Source of the DNA: the human T2T-CHM13v2.0 reference genome, Homo sapiens
Direction: 5' to 3' (one strand)
DNA length: 64,000 bases
Assembly (NCBI RefSeq): GCF_009914755.1
Contig: NC_060943.1
Shown here: positions 1-17,925 of the stretch, piece by piece
Layout: every line of letters begins with the position of its first letter
Position numbering within the stretch: position 1 is the stretch's first letter
Notes under the pieces: model-generated
Database searches by the model: none
Seen by the model: the letters and a program-made list of their open reading frames with translations, nothing else
Told to the model about the DNA's origin: nothing
Position numbers and translations under genes: made by a program

Positions 1-122
1 TCCCTACCTGATTTTTGCCACACAGTCCCTCCTACAGACACTGTAGGGTGGCTCTGGGGGTTGTTGGGGATCCCTATAGGCCTGGGCTGCTCTCTGTCCC
101 CACCTGCCTGTGCTCCTTCTCT

Positions 123-450
123 CTTTTGTTGTTGTTGTTGTTGTTTGTTTGTTTTGTTTTGTTTTTCAGATGGCAGTTTCATTCTTGTTGCCCAGGCTGG
201 AGTGCAATGGCACGATTTTGACTCACTGCAACTTCTACCTCCTCGGTTCAAATGATTCTCCTGCCTCAGCCTCCTGAGTAGCTGGGATTACAGGTGCACA
301 CCACCACACATGGCTAATTTTTGTATTTTTAGTAGAGAAGGGTTTTCGCCATGTTGACCAGCCTCATCTCAAACTCCTGACTTCAGGTGATCCGCCTGCC
401 TCAGCTTCCCAAAATGCTGAGATTACAGCTGTGAGCCACCACACCCGGCC
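123..450 (-). mobile_element. Alu (AluS-type), full length
   Basis: Reverse Alu body ending ...gtgagccaccacacccggcc; (GTT)n/T tail; 16-bp TSD cctgtgctccttctct at 107-122 and 451-466. Confidence 0.95.
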
Positions 451-1207
451 CCTGTGCTCCTTCTCTTTGCCTGCTGTCAGGGCCCTAACGTGGAGAAGGA
501 GGCAGGTCCTCAGCCTCAGGTATAGCTGAATGTCTTTTGGAGTGTTTGAAGCATGCTTTATGTCTTAGAAATTCTAAAAAGTAAAACGAATTCCAATTGT
601 AATGTCTGTTAGTTTTCCTGAGCCAACTGGAAGAAAAGGATTTTTCACCTGAAATTTTTAAATGACACCCAAGGATAGCCACCAGTGTCTTGGCCATGGA
701 AACCTCCTATGTGCTTCCCACCCCTGGTTTGATTTGCAACCTCATGATTGTGTTGCCCTGAACATACTTTCCTCTGGTGAATATGGTTCACATGGTTAAC
801 ACCACTTCATGAGAGGGGGGCATCATGTAGAGATGAGAATGGATTGTCTTTAGTTACCATTGTGCCTCTTTGTCACCTGAGAGGCTCACTTTTCCTGGCT
901 GATTCCATAAGTGTGTTAGTGTTGTCAGACACCTCTGGACAACTCAAATGACAAGGGGCTGTTGTTTTATAAAGGAAACAAAGGCTTTGGATGTGAAATC
1001 CTTCTTTTCTTTTTCCCTTCTTTTAGGTGAAATACTTCAGTTTTTTTCTTAAGGGTAAACAGTGGTATCTTAGCAGGTTTAGCGTAAGAATTGGCATGTG
1101 CTAGGTTGTGGTTTCAGTGTGGATGGGCAGTTCCCAAGATGGAGAACCAGGTCTCACTGAATTGCAGGAGCCACACTTTCTCTTTTTCATATCCCCCACC
1201 ATGTGCA

Positions 1208-1529
1208 CGTGTGTGTGTGTGTGTGTGTGTTTACACATACAGGTCTCACTCTGTAACCCAAGCTGGAGTGCAGTGGCTGAATGATGGGTCACTGCAGCTT
1301 CAAACTTTCAGTCTTAAGTGATCCTCCTGCCTCAGCCTCCCCAGTAGCTGGGACCACCGGCATGCACCAGCCTGCCTGGTTCTTTTTTTTTTTTTTTGGT
1401 ATTTTTTTAAAGTAGAGACAGAGCCTTGCCATGTTGGGTAGGCTGGTCTTGAACTCCCGAGCTCAAGCAATCCACCCGCATTGGCTTCCCAATGTACTGA
1501 ACTACAGACATAAGCCACTGTGCCCGGCC
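1208..1529 (-). mobile_element. Old Alu (AluJ-like) with (TG)n microsatellite at its tail
   Basis: gtcactgcagcttcaaact...aagtgatcctcctgcctcagcc and gagctcaagcaatccacc are AluJ-type; (TG)n at 1208-1230. Confidence 0.85.
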
Positions 1530-2229
1530 TAGTTTTATTATCTGATTACACAAGTATATTTCTTCATAACAATTCACTGAGCTTTACTTGAATGAAGAAT
1601 TTCTTCATGTATTTCTCTATGCATGTTACATATCAATAAAAAATTACATAGTACATATTTGCACAAAATGCTAACTCACTATCTCAAAATAACAGCAGTA
1701 ATTTTTTTTTGCTTGTTTCATGGTGAGACACACTCAGAACATGATCATACTTCTCTGCTATCATGACACACTTATTTCACAGTTTTTTATGGCTCTACAA
1801 ACAATAGAAATAAAGAAGGGGTCTCTTGTGTGCACTTATGGGGTATACTTAAATGTAGAGAATTTTGCAGCCAACATTATATATGAAAAAACTTACACCT
1901 TGATAGGTAAAAGATGAAGGGCCAGCCTGTGTGAGAAATTTTTATGGGATATTTGTTCCCTCACAATATCAGAAACAGAATATTGGTCCACTGCTCTTAA
2001 CCTACTTCATAAGTTAAGGACAACTTTTTCACAATAAGTTAAGGAGCATTTCCAGGATGCCCTTACTCTTCTGAATGGCCATGATTTGTTAGGTCTTTCT
2101 TTCCATGGTATAAAGTAAATGAGGCAATGGTTAGAAATGTATCCCCCCAATAGGGCTCTATAGAAGATTATACTGTAAAGGCTATGATTACACAATAGAT
2201 TTTAAATTTACTTACTAAAGTTGTGCTAA

Positions 2230-2544
<315 letters not shown>

Positions 2545-3010
2545 CAATAATATTATTTCTTTTAATTACTTATTGGATGAACAGAGAAGTACCTATGAAG
2601 TTGCTAACACTTGTAGTTGCACATGGAGAAATACGTAGTGTAGGCTCCCTGAGCCTACTCTGCATCCACGGAGATGCAGTTGCAGCGGATTAATGAACAG
2701 TGTGCTTGGTTGAAATGAGTAGACCACTTATCTAGCTAACTATTCGGCCTATTTAATTTTAGTTGGTGTTTCGTGGGGACCCTGGCTAAAAAGCATGCTT
2801 CAAACTCTTGGTATCATTCTCCTGATAGTTGAAATAGTAGTGTCTCCCTACTTCACCGTATTCTCTCAAAAGTTATAAATGTTTGCATGCAGTCATCTCC
2901 AAAATGTCAAATGATCTCTTTTAAACCAGAATGGCAGAAACTCAAAGACACATGTGACTACGAAGACACCATAACCTATGAATGACATGATAAGGACAAA
3001 AACCCAAAAT

Positions 3011-3484
<474 letters not shown>

Positions 3485-3518
3485 TCACACCGTGACCTAT
3501 GTGAGAGCTTACAAATAG

Positions 3519-3818
<300 letters not shown>

Positions 3819-3827
3819 TGGGGTGAA

Positions 3828-3983
3828 TTTTTTAAACAAAATTATTTATGGCCATCATCTGGACTGAGCATGTGCACTCTTCCCAAACAGACCAAAACAA
3901 AACAAAATGAGTCACTCATGCCAAAAGTGAGCTAATCAAACCTAAAATTTAAGAAAATAGCTAGATCTTAGACCAGTTTTTCT
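3828..3983 (+). mobile_element. 5' part of an ERV1 (MER4-group-like) LTR, truncated
   Basis: taaacaaaattat...ggccatcatctggactgagc...aacagaccaaaac...atgagtcactcatgc directly follows the PPT; breaks off into an Alu fragment after ~155 bp. Confidence 0.55.
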
Positions 3984-4144
3984 TTGGGAGGCGGAGGCGA
4001 GTGGATCACCTGAGGTCAGGAGTTCGAGACCAGTCTGACCAACATGGAGAAACCCCTGTCTCTACTAAAAATACAAAATTAAAGCCAGGCGCGGTGCCTC
4101 ATGCCTGTAATCCCAGCACTTTGGGAGGCTGAGGTGGGTGGATC
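3984..4144 (+). mobile_element. Doubly truncated Alu left-arm fragments joining the LTR to the tandem array
   Basis: tgggaggcggaggcgagtggatcacctgagg...ctactaaaaatacaaaatt, then a second left-arm start cut at ...gggtggatc. Confidence 0.85.
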
Positions 4145-4766
4145 TTATCAACTTTAGCATCCAGGAAGGAGCATAAAAGATTTTAAAAAGAGAGAGAGAG
4201 CAAAGAACACAGAAGAAAAACCACAGCAACTCCCTCTAAGTGCTGTTGAAGCCAACTAAAAGTGGGGCTAGAAAAAAAAACAGAGGAAGAAGCTTGAGTA
4301 GTTTCACGTACTCGGGAGGCCGAATGGAAAGACCACCTGGGCAAGACTGAGGAGATCGAGGCTGCAGGGAATCACAATCGCATCCTTCTCCTGGACCTGA
4401 AGAGTACTGCCACTGGTGACCGCTTTCTGGTCTACCTTAGACATGGCAAGCTGGTGGCCAAGTCCAATGCTCATGGCTGAAGTCTGTCTTAACATAAATA
4501 AACTAACAACTAACAGTAAATATTTAACAATAATAAGTAATAACAAATAATAACAAGACAAATAAGTGAGAGGGAACACAGATAAAAGGTAATTAATGTC
4601 ACAATTAATTGTTGTCTCTCTTTCTCTGTCTCTCTCTTCCTCAATCTCCATGTGTCACACTTTCACACCCAGGCTGGAGTGCACGTGTGTGGTCACAGCT
4701 CATTGCTGATCACTCACCTGCACTCCAGCCAGAATGTGATACAGTAGGAAGACCTAGCTAAAAATA

Positions 4767-4807
<41 letters not shown>

Positions 4808-5903
4808 CAATTTCAGCATGCAGAAAGGAGCATAAGAAAATAAAAGAGAGAGAAAGAGCAAAGAAGAAAGGAAAAAAAAAAAAACCACAGCAACTCACTG
4901 TAAGTACTGCGGAAGAAAACTAAAAGTGGAGCTGGAAAAAAAAAAGAACAGAGGAGGAAAGTCCAAGTATTTTCAGGTACTCTGGAGGCCAAGATGGATG
5001 GGACGACCACCTGTGAAAGACCAGGGAGATTAATATCGCAGTGAATCACAATTGCATCCCTCTGCCTTACCTGAACACTACTACTGGTGAGAGCTATCTG
5101 GTAGACCTTAGAAGTGGCAAGCTGGCAGCCAAGTCCAATGCTCGCAGCCAACATCTGCCTCAAAATTAATAAATAACCGACAGTAAATAATAAGAAAGAA
5201 ATGATAATGGACAATAATATTACCAATAAATAAATAAGTGGGAGTGAACAAAAATAAAAGGTAATTAAAATCACAATTAACTGTATCTCTCTCTGTCTCT
5301 ATTTCTCTGCCTCTCTCTGTCTTTCTGTTTTAGTCTGGGTCTCTGTCTCTCTGTCTTTCTGAATCTCTCTTCCCTGATCTCCGTGTGTCACACTGTCAAA
5401 CCCAGGCTGGAGTGAACGTGTGTGGTCACAGCTCACTGCTGATCATGTACCTGCACTCCAGCCAGGGTGTGACAGACTGAGAAGACCTGGCTAAAAAAAT
5501 ATATGTGTATATATAAAACATCAACTTCAGCATACAGGAAAGAGCGTAAAAAAAAATAAAATAAGAGAGAGAGAGAGAATGAGAGCAAAGAACAAAGAAG
5601 AACAACTATAGCAACTCTCTCTAAGTACTGTGGAAGCAAACTGAAAGTGGGGTTAGAAATAAAACAGAGGAACAATGTCTGAGTAGTCCCAGGTACTCGG
5701 GAGGCCAAGATGGGAAGACCACCCGGGTGAGACTGGGGAGATCCAGGCTGCAGTGAATCGTCATCACATCTCTCTTCTGGACCTCAATGGTACCACTGCC
5801 AGCAAGAGCCAAATGGTCAACCTTAAACATGGCAAGCTGGCGGCCAAGTCCAACACTCGTGGCTGACATCTGTCTAAAATGTATAAACAAATAAACAAAC
5901 AAT

Positions 5904-6198
<295 letters not shown>

Positions 6199-6949
6199 CA
6201 TAAATATTTAACAATAACAAAGAAATAACAAACAATGATAAGACCAATAAATAAATAAGTGGGAGTGAACAAAGGTAAAATGTAATTAATATAACAACTA
6301 ATTGTTGTCTGCCTCCCTGTCTCTCTCTGTTTCTGTCTCTCTGCCACTGTCTGTTTGTGTCTCTGTCTTTCTGTCCCTCTCTCCATCGATCTCCATGTGT
6401 CACACTCTCACACACATGCTGGAGGGCAGGGGCATGGTAACGGCTCACTGCTGATCCAGCACCTACACTCCAGCCAGGGTGTGACAGTGAGAAGACCTAC
6501 CAAAAATCAAATTTAAACATCCACGTCAGCGTTCAGGAAGGAGGGTAACAAAAAAGAAAAAAGAAATGGAGCAAAGAACAAAGAAGAAAGACCACAGCAA
6601 CCCCCTCTAAATACCGTGGAAACAAAATGAAAGTGGGAGTAGAAAAAAAAAAGAAGGAAGATGGCCTGAGTAGTCCAAGGTAAATGGGAGGCTGAGATGG
6701 GAAGTCCTCCGGGTGACATCGGGAAGATCGTTGCTGCATTGAATCATGATGGCATCCCTCTGCTGGGCCTGAACAATACTACTGCCAGTGAGAGCCATCT
6801 GGTCAACCTTATCACCAGCGAGAGCCATCTGTTTGACCTTAGACATGGCAAGCTGGCAACTAATCCAACGCTCGCAGCCAACATCTGTTACAAAATAAAT
6901 ATACAAAAAAACCCAATAGTAGATATTTAACAATAACTAAGAAATAATA

Positions 6950-7352
<403 letters not shown>

Positions 7353-8161
7353 TCACACTCATGCTGCAGTGTGTCAAAAAAAAATCTAAGAGGTCAACTT
7401 CAGCATGCAGAAAGGAACATAGAAAAATAGAGTGAGAAGAACAAAGATTTAACACAACAGCAAGTCACTCTAAGTACTGTGGAAGAAACTGAAAGTGGGG
7501 TTAGAACCAAAACAGAGGAAGTAGGTCCTAGTAGTCCCAGGTACTTGAGAGGCTGAGATGGGAAGACTACCCTTGTGAGACCAAGATCGAGGCCACGGTG
7601 GATCATAATCACATCCCTCTGCTGGACCTGAAACGGTATGGCCACCAGCGAGGCCATCTGGTCGACTTCAGACATGGCAAGCTGGCAGCTAAGCCCAACG
7701 CTCATGGTCAATGTCCATCACAAAATATATAAACAAACCAACAGTAAATATTTAACAATATCAAAGAAATAATAACAACAAACATTAAACACCAGTAAAT
7801 AAATAAGTGGAAGTGAACAAAGGTAAAAAGTAATTAATATTACAATTAAGATCTTCTTCACTCTTTTTCTCTCTTTCTCTCTCTTCATTTGTCACACCCA
7901 GCTGGAGTGTGACCAAAAAATCTAAAAGGTAAACTTTTTAAAAAATTTTTATTATTATTATACTTTAAGTTTTAGGGTACCTGTGCACAATGTGCAGGTT
8001 AGTTACATATGTATACATGTGCCATGCTGGTGTGCTGCACCCATTAACTCGTCATTTAGCATTAGGTGTATCTCCTAATGCTATCCTTTCCCCCTCCTGC
8101 CACCCCACAACAGTGCCCAGAGTGTGATGTTCCCCTTCCTGTGTCCATGTGTTCTCATTAT

Positions 8162-11985
<3,824 letters not shown>

Positions 11986-12048
11986 TATGATGTTAGCTGT
12001 TTATTTTGCTTGTTAGTTGATGTAGTTTCTTCCTAGTCTTGATGGTCT

Positions 12049-13064
12049 TTACATTTTGGCATGATTTTGCAGTGGCTGGTACTGGTTGTTCCTTTCCATG
12101 TTTAGTGCTTCCTTCAGGAGCTCTTTTAGGGCAGGCCTGGTGGTGACAAAATCTCTCAGCATTTGCTTGTCTGTAAAGTGTTTTATTTCTCCTTCACTTG
12201 TGAAGCTTAGTTTGGCTGGATATGAAATTCTGGGTTGAAAATTCTTTTCTTTAAGAATGTTGAATATTGGCCCCCACTCTCTTCTGCGTTGTAGAGTTTC
12301 TGCTGAGAGATCCGCTGTTAGTCTGGTGGGCTTCCCTTTGTGGGTAACCCGACCTCTCTCTCTGGCTGCCCTTAACATTTTTTCCTTCATTTCAACTTTG
12401 GTGAATCTGACAGTTATGTGTCTTAGAGTTGCTCTTCTCAAGGAGTATCTTTGTGGCATCCTCTGTATTTCCTGAATCTGAATGTTGGCCTGCCTTGCTA
12501 GATTGGGGAAGTTCTCCTGGATAATATCCTGCAGGGTGTCTTCCAACTTGGTTCCATTCTCCCCATCACTTTTAGGTACACCAATCAGATGCAGATTTGG
12601 TCTTTTCACATAGTCCCATGTTTCTTGGAGGCTTTGTTCATTTCTTTTTATTCTTCTTTCTCTAAACTTCCCTTCTTGCTTCATTTCATTCATTTCATCT
12701 TCCATCACTGATACCCTTTCTTCCAGTTGAATGCATCGGTTCCTGAGGCTTCTGCATTCTTCACGTAGTTCTCGAGCCTTGGCTTTCAGCTCCATCAGCT
12801 CCTTTAAGCACTTCTCTGTATTGGTTATTCTAGTTATACATTCGTCTAAATTTTTTTCAAAGTTTTCAACTTCTTTGCCTTTGGTTTGAATTTCCTCCTG
12901 TAGCTCGGAGTGGTTTGATTGTCTGAAGCCTTCTTCTCTCAACTTGTCAAAGTCATTCTCTGTCCAGCTTTGTTCCATTGCTGGTGAGGAACTGCTTCCT
13001 TTGGAGGAGGAGAGGTGCTCTGCTTTTTAGAGTTTCCAGTTTTTCTGCTCTGTTTTTTCCCCAT
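12049..13064 (-). pseudogene. L1 ORF1, frameshifted near its 5' end
   Basis: ATG at 13064; span is 1016 nt (not a multiple of 3); 309-aa ORF 12978-12049 ends QPLQNHAKM. Confidence 0.9.
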
Positions 13065-13647
13065 CTTTGTGGTTTTATCTACTTTTGGTCTTTGATGATG
13101 GTGATGTACAGATGGGTTTTTGGTGTGGATGTCCTTTCTGTTTGTTAGTTTTCCTTTTAACAGACAGGACCCTCAGCTGCAGGTCTGTTGGAGTTTGCTA
13201 GAGGTCCACTCCAGACCCTGTTTGCCTGGGTATCAGCAGCGGTGTCTGCAGAACTGTGGATTTTTGTGAACCGCGAATGCTGCTGTCTGATCATTCCTCT
13301 GGAAGTTTTGTCTCAGAGGAGTACCCGGCCGTGTGATGTGTCAGTCTGCCCCTAGTGGGGGGTGCCTCCCAGTTAGGCTGCTCGGGGGTCAGGGGTCAGG
13401 GACCCACTTGAGGAGGCAGTCTGCCCATTCTCAGATCTCCAGCTGTGTGCTGGGAGAACCACTGCTCTCTTCAAAGCTGTCAGACAGGGATATTTAAGTC
13501 TGCAGAGGTTACTGCTGTCTTTTGGTTTGTCTGTGCCCTGCCCCCAGAGGTGAAGCCTACAGAGGCAGGCAGACCTCCTTGAGATGTGGTGGGCTCCACC
13601 TAGTTCGAGCTTCCCAGCTGCTTTGTTTACCTAAGCGAGCCTGGGCA

Positions 13648-13902
13648 ATGGTGGGTGCCCCTCCCCCAGCCTCGCTGCCACCTTGCAGTTTGATCTCAGA
13701 CTGCTGTGCTAGCAATCAGCGAGCCTCCATGGGCGTAGGACCCTCCGAGCCAGGTGCGGGATATAATCTCCTGGTGCGCCGTTTCCTAAGCCCATTGGAA
13801 AAGTGCAGTATTAGGGTGGGAGTGACTCGATTTTCCAGGTGCCGTCTGTCACCCTTTTCCTTGACCAGGAAAGGGAACTCCCTGACCCCTTGTGCTTCCT
13901 GA
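13648..13902 (+). CDS. L1 antisense ORF0-like reading frame, open (84 aa)
   Basis: MVGAPPPASLPPCSLISDCCASNQR...IRVGVTRFSRC within ORF-track 13522-13902 matches the primate L1 ORF0 N-terminus; expression unknown. Confidence 0.6.
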   Translation: MVGAPPPASLPPCSLISDCCASNQRASMGVGPSEPGAGYNLLVRRFLSPLEKCSIRVGVTRFSRCRLSPFSLTRKGNSLTPCAS

Positions 13903-14116
13903 GTGAGGCAATGCCTCGCCCTGCTTTGGCTCACGCATGGTGCACTGCACCCACTGTCCTGTGCCCACTGTCTGGCACTCCCTAGTGAGATGAACCTGGT
14001 ACCTCAGATGGAAATGCAGAAATCACCCGTCTTCTGCGTCGCTCACGCTGGGAGCTGTAGACCGGAGCTCTTCCTATTCGGCCATCTTGGCTCCTCCCAC
14101 CCTAAAAGGTAAACTT

Positions 14117-17100
14117 AAGCGTGTAGAAAGCTACGTAGGAAAAGAGAGAGAGAAAAGAAAAAAAAAAGCAAAAGGACAGCAAGTCATTCTAAGTACTCTG
14201 GAAAAAAACTGAAAGTGGGGTTAGAAAAAAAATAGGAAGAAGGTCTCAGTAGTCCCAGGTACTCAAGGAGGCCAAGATGGGAAGACCACCCGGGTGAGAC
14301 TGGGGAGATGAAGGCTGCAGTGGATCACAGTTGCATCCCTCTGCTGGACCTGAACGGTACTGCCACAGGTGAGAGCCATCTAGTGAAACTTAGACATGGC
14401 AAGCTGGCAGCTAAGTCCAAGGGTCATGGGTGGCATCGGTCTCAAAATTAATAAACAAAAATACCAACAGTAAAAAAAAATTAACAATAACAAAGAAATA
14501 ACAAACAATATTAAGGACCAAAAGTAAATAAGTGGGAGCGAAAAAAAAGGTAATTAATATCACAATTAAGATCTTCTCTCTCTGTCTCTCTCCTTTTGTC
14601 ACATCCAGGCTGAAGTGTGACAAATGAAAAATAACCTAAAAATTCAACTGCAATGTGCATGAAAGACCATAGGAAAATAAAGAAAAGAACAAACAAGAAA
14701 AACAACAGCAAGTCACTCTAAGTACTGTGGAACAAATTGAAAGTGGGGTTAGTCTGTAATATTGTTTGTTATTCTTTCTTTATTATTGTTAAATATTTAC
14801 TGTTGGGTTTTTAAATTTATTTTGAGACTGATATCAGCCTCAAGGCTTGGACTTAGCTTCCAGCTTACCATCTTTAAGGCTGACCAGATGACTCTCGCTA
14901 TGCCATGTCTAAGGTTGACTGGATGGCTCTTGCTGGAGGTAGTACCATTCAAGTCCAGCAGAGGGATGCCATCGTAATTCACTGTGGCCTCATCTCTCTG
15001 GTCCCACCCAGGTGATCTTCCCATCTCAGCCTACCGAGTACCTGGGACTACTCGGACCTTCTTCCTCTGTTTTTTTTTTTTTTTTCCTAAACACACTTCC
15101 AGTTTGTTTCCACAATACTTAGAGTGACTTGTTGTTGTTTATCTTCTTTGTTCTTTTGTCTCTCTATTCTCCTATGCTCCTTCCTGTATGCTGAAGCTAA
15201 TCTTTGTTTTTTTTTTTTTTTTTTGGTCACACTCTAGACTGGGTGTGACAAAGAGACAGAGAGAGAGAGTGTGTGTGTGTGAGAGAGAGAAAATAAATCT
15301 TAATTGTGGTACTAATTACCTTTTACCTTTGTTCACTCCCATTTATTTATTTATTGGTCTTTAATATGGTTTGTTATTTTTTGTTATCGTTATATATTTA
15401 CTGTAGGTTTTTAAATATATTTTGAGACAGATGTCGGTTGCAAGCATTGGACTTAGCTGCCAGCTTTTCATGTCCAAGGTCGACCAGATGGCTCTGGCCT
15501 TGCCATGTCTAAGGTCATCCATATGACTCTTGCCAGTGGCAGTACCGTTCCGGTCCAGCAGGAAGATACGATCATGATTCACTGTGGCCCTTGACCTCCC
15601 TGGTCTTGCCCAGGTGGTCTACCCATCTCTGCCTCTTGAATATCTGGGGCTACTCGAACCTTCTTCCCCTGTTTTTTTCTAACCTCACTTTCAGTTTCTT
15701 TCCACAGTACATAGAGTGATTTGCTGTTGTTTTTCTTCTTTGTTCTTTTCTCCCAGTATTTTCCTACACTCCTTCCTGCATGCCGAGGTTGACGTTTTGT
15801 TGTGTGACTACCTGGATAAGACTGGAAAGATCAAGGCTGCAGTGAATCAGGATTGCATCCCTCTGCTGGAGCTGAATGGGACTGCTGCTGACAAGAGCCA
15901 TATGGTTAACCTTAGACAGCAAAACGTGAGCCATCTGGAGGACCTTAGACATGGCAAGGCAAGAGCCATCTGGTCGACCATAGACATAGCAATCTGGTGG
16001 CTAAGTCCAATGCTTACAGCCAACAGCTGTCTCAAAATAAATAAACAAAAAACCCAACAGTAAATATTTAACAATAACAAAGAAATAATAACAAACAATA
16101 TTAAAGAAAATAAATAAGGAGGAGTGAAAAAGGTAGAGTACAATAAATATCACAATGAAGATTTTCTCCTCTCTCTTTCTCTCCATTTGTGACACCCAGG
16201 CTGGAGTGTGACAAAAAAAAAAAAAGAAAGAAAGAAAAGAAAATAGGTTAACTTCAGCTTACAGGAAGAAGTGTAGGAAAATAGAGAAAAGAACAAAGAA
16301 GAAAAACAATAGCAAGTCACTATAAGTACTGTGGAAATAAACTGAAAGTGGGTTGAGAAAAAAACAAACAAACAAACAAAAACAGAAAAAGAAGTTCTGA
16401 GTAGTCCCGGGTACTTGGGAGGCTGAGATGAGAAGAACACGCAGGTGTGACCAGGGAGATTGAGGCTGCAGTGAATCACGATCACATCCTTCTGCTGGAA
16501 CTGAACAGTACTGCTACCAGTGAGAGCCATGTGGTGAATCTTCGACATGGTAAGGGAAGAGCCATCTGGTTGACCTAATACATGTCAGGGTGAGAACCAT
16601 CTGGTCAACCTTAGACATGGCAAGCTGGCAGCTAAATCCAATGCTCACTGCCAATGTCTCTCAAAATAAATAAACAAAAAAAGTAAATATTTAACAATAA
16701 CAAAGAAATGATAACAATATTAAACACCAATAAATAAATGAGAGTTAACAAAGGTAATTAATATCACAATTAAGATCTTTCTCTCTCTCTCCTCTGTGTG
16801 TGTGTCTCTCCCCTTTGTCACACCCAGGCTAGAGTGTGATAAAAAAATATTTAAAAGGTCAACTTCACTGAGGAGGAAGGAGCATAGGAAAACACAGAAA
16901 AGAGCAAAGAAGAAAAACAACAGCAGGTCACTGTAAGTACTTTGGAAACAAACTATCAGTAGGGTTAGATAAAAAACAGAGGAAGAAGGTTGTTTCAGGT
17001 ACACGGGAGGCCAAGATGGATAGATCACCCAGGTGAGACTGGGAACATTGAGGTCACAGTGAATCACGATCGCATCCCTCTGCTGCACATAAACTGTACT

Positions 17101-17890
17101 GTCACCAGCGAGAGCCATCTGCTCGACCTTATACATAGCAAGGCAAGAGATACCTAGTTGACCTTAGACATGGCAAGCTGGCAGCTAAGTCCAATGCTTG
17201 TGGCTGAGATCTGTCAAAAAATAAATACACAAAAAACAACAGTAAATATTTAACAATAAAGAAATAGTAACATACAATATTATTGACCAATAAATAAGTG
17301 GAAGTGAACAATAATAAAAGGTAATTAATATCACAATTAAGATCTCTTTTCTCTTTCTCCCTGTATGTCACACCCAGGCTACAGTGTGATAAAAAAATCT
17401 AAAAGTCAACCTCAGTGTGCAGGAAGGAGTGTAGGAAAATACTGAGAGAAAAGAACAAAGAAGAAAAACAACAGCAAATCACTCTATGTACTGTGGAAAG
17501 AAACTGAAAATGGGGTTGGAAAAAACAGAGGAAGAAGGTCCGAGTAGTCCCAGGTATTCAAGGGGCCGAGATGGGTTGACCACCTGGGCAAGACCGGGGA
17601 AGTGAAGGCCAGAGTGAATCACCATTGTATCCTCCTGCTGGACCTGAACGGTACTGCCACTGGTGAAAATCATATGGACGATCTTAGACATGGCAAGGCG
17701 AGAGCCATCTGGTCAACCTTAGACATGGAAAGCTGGAGGCTAAGTCCAACGCTTGCGACTGACATCTGTCTCAAAATAAATTTAAAAACCTACAGTAAAT
17801 ACATAACAACAAAAAAAATTAAAGACCAATAAATAAATAAATGGGAGTGAACAAAGGTAAAAGGTAATTAGTGTCAAAATTAACATTTAT

Positions 17891-17925
<35 letters not shown>

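Noticed and set aside
480-1200. Unique sequence that might be a duplicated gene fragment
   Set aside because: No family recognised from any frame.
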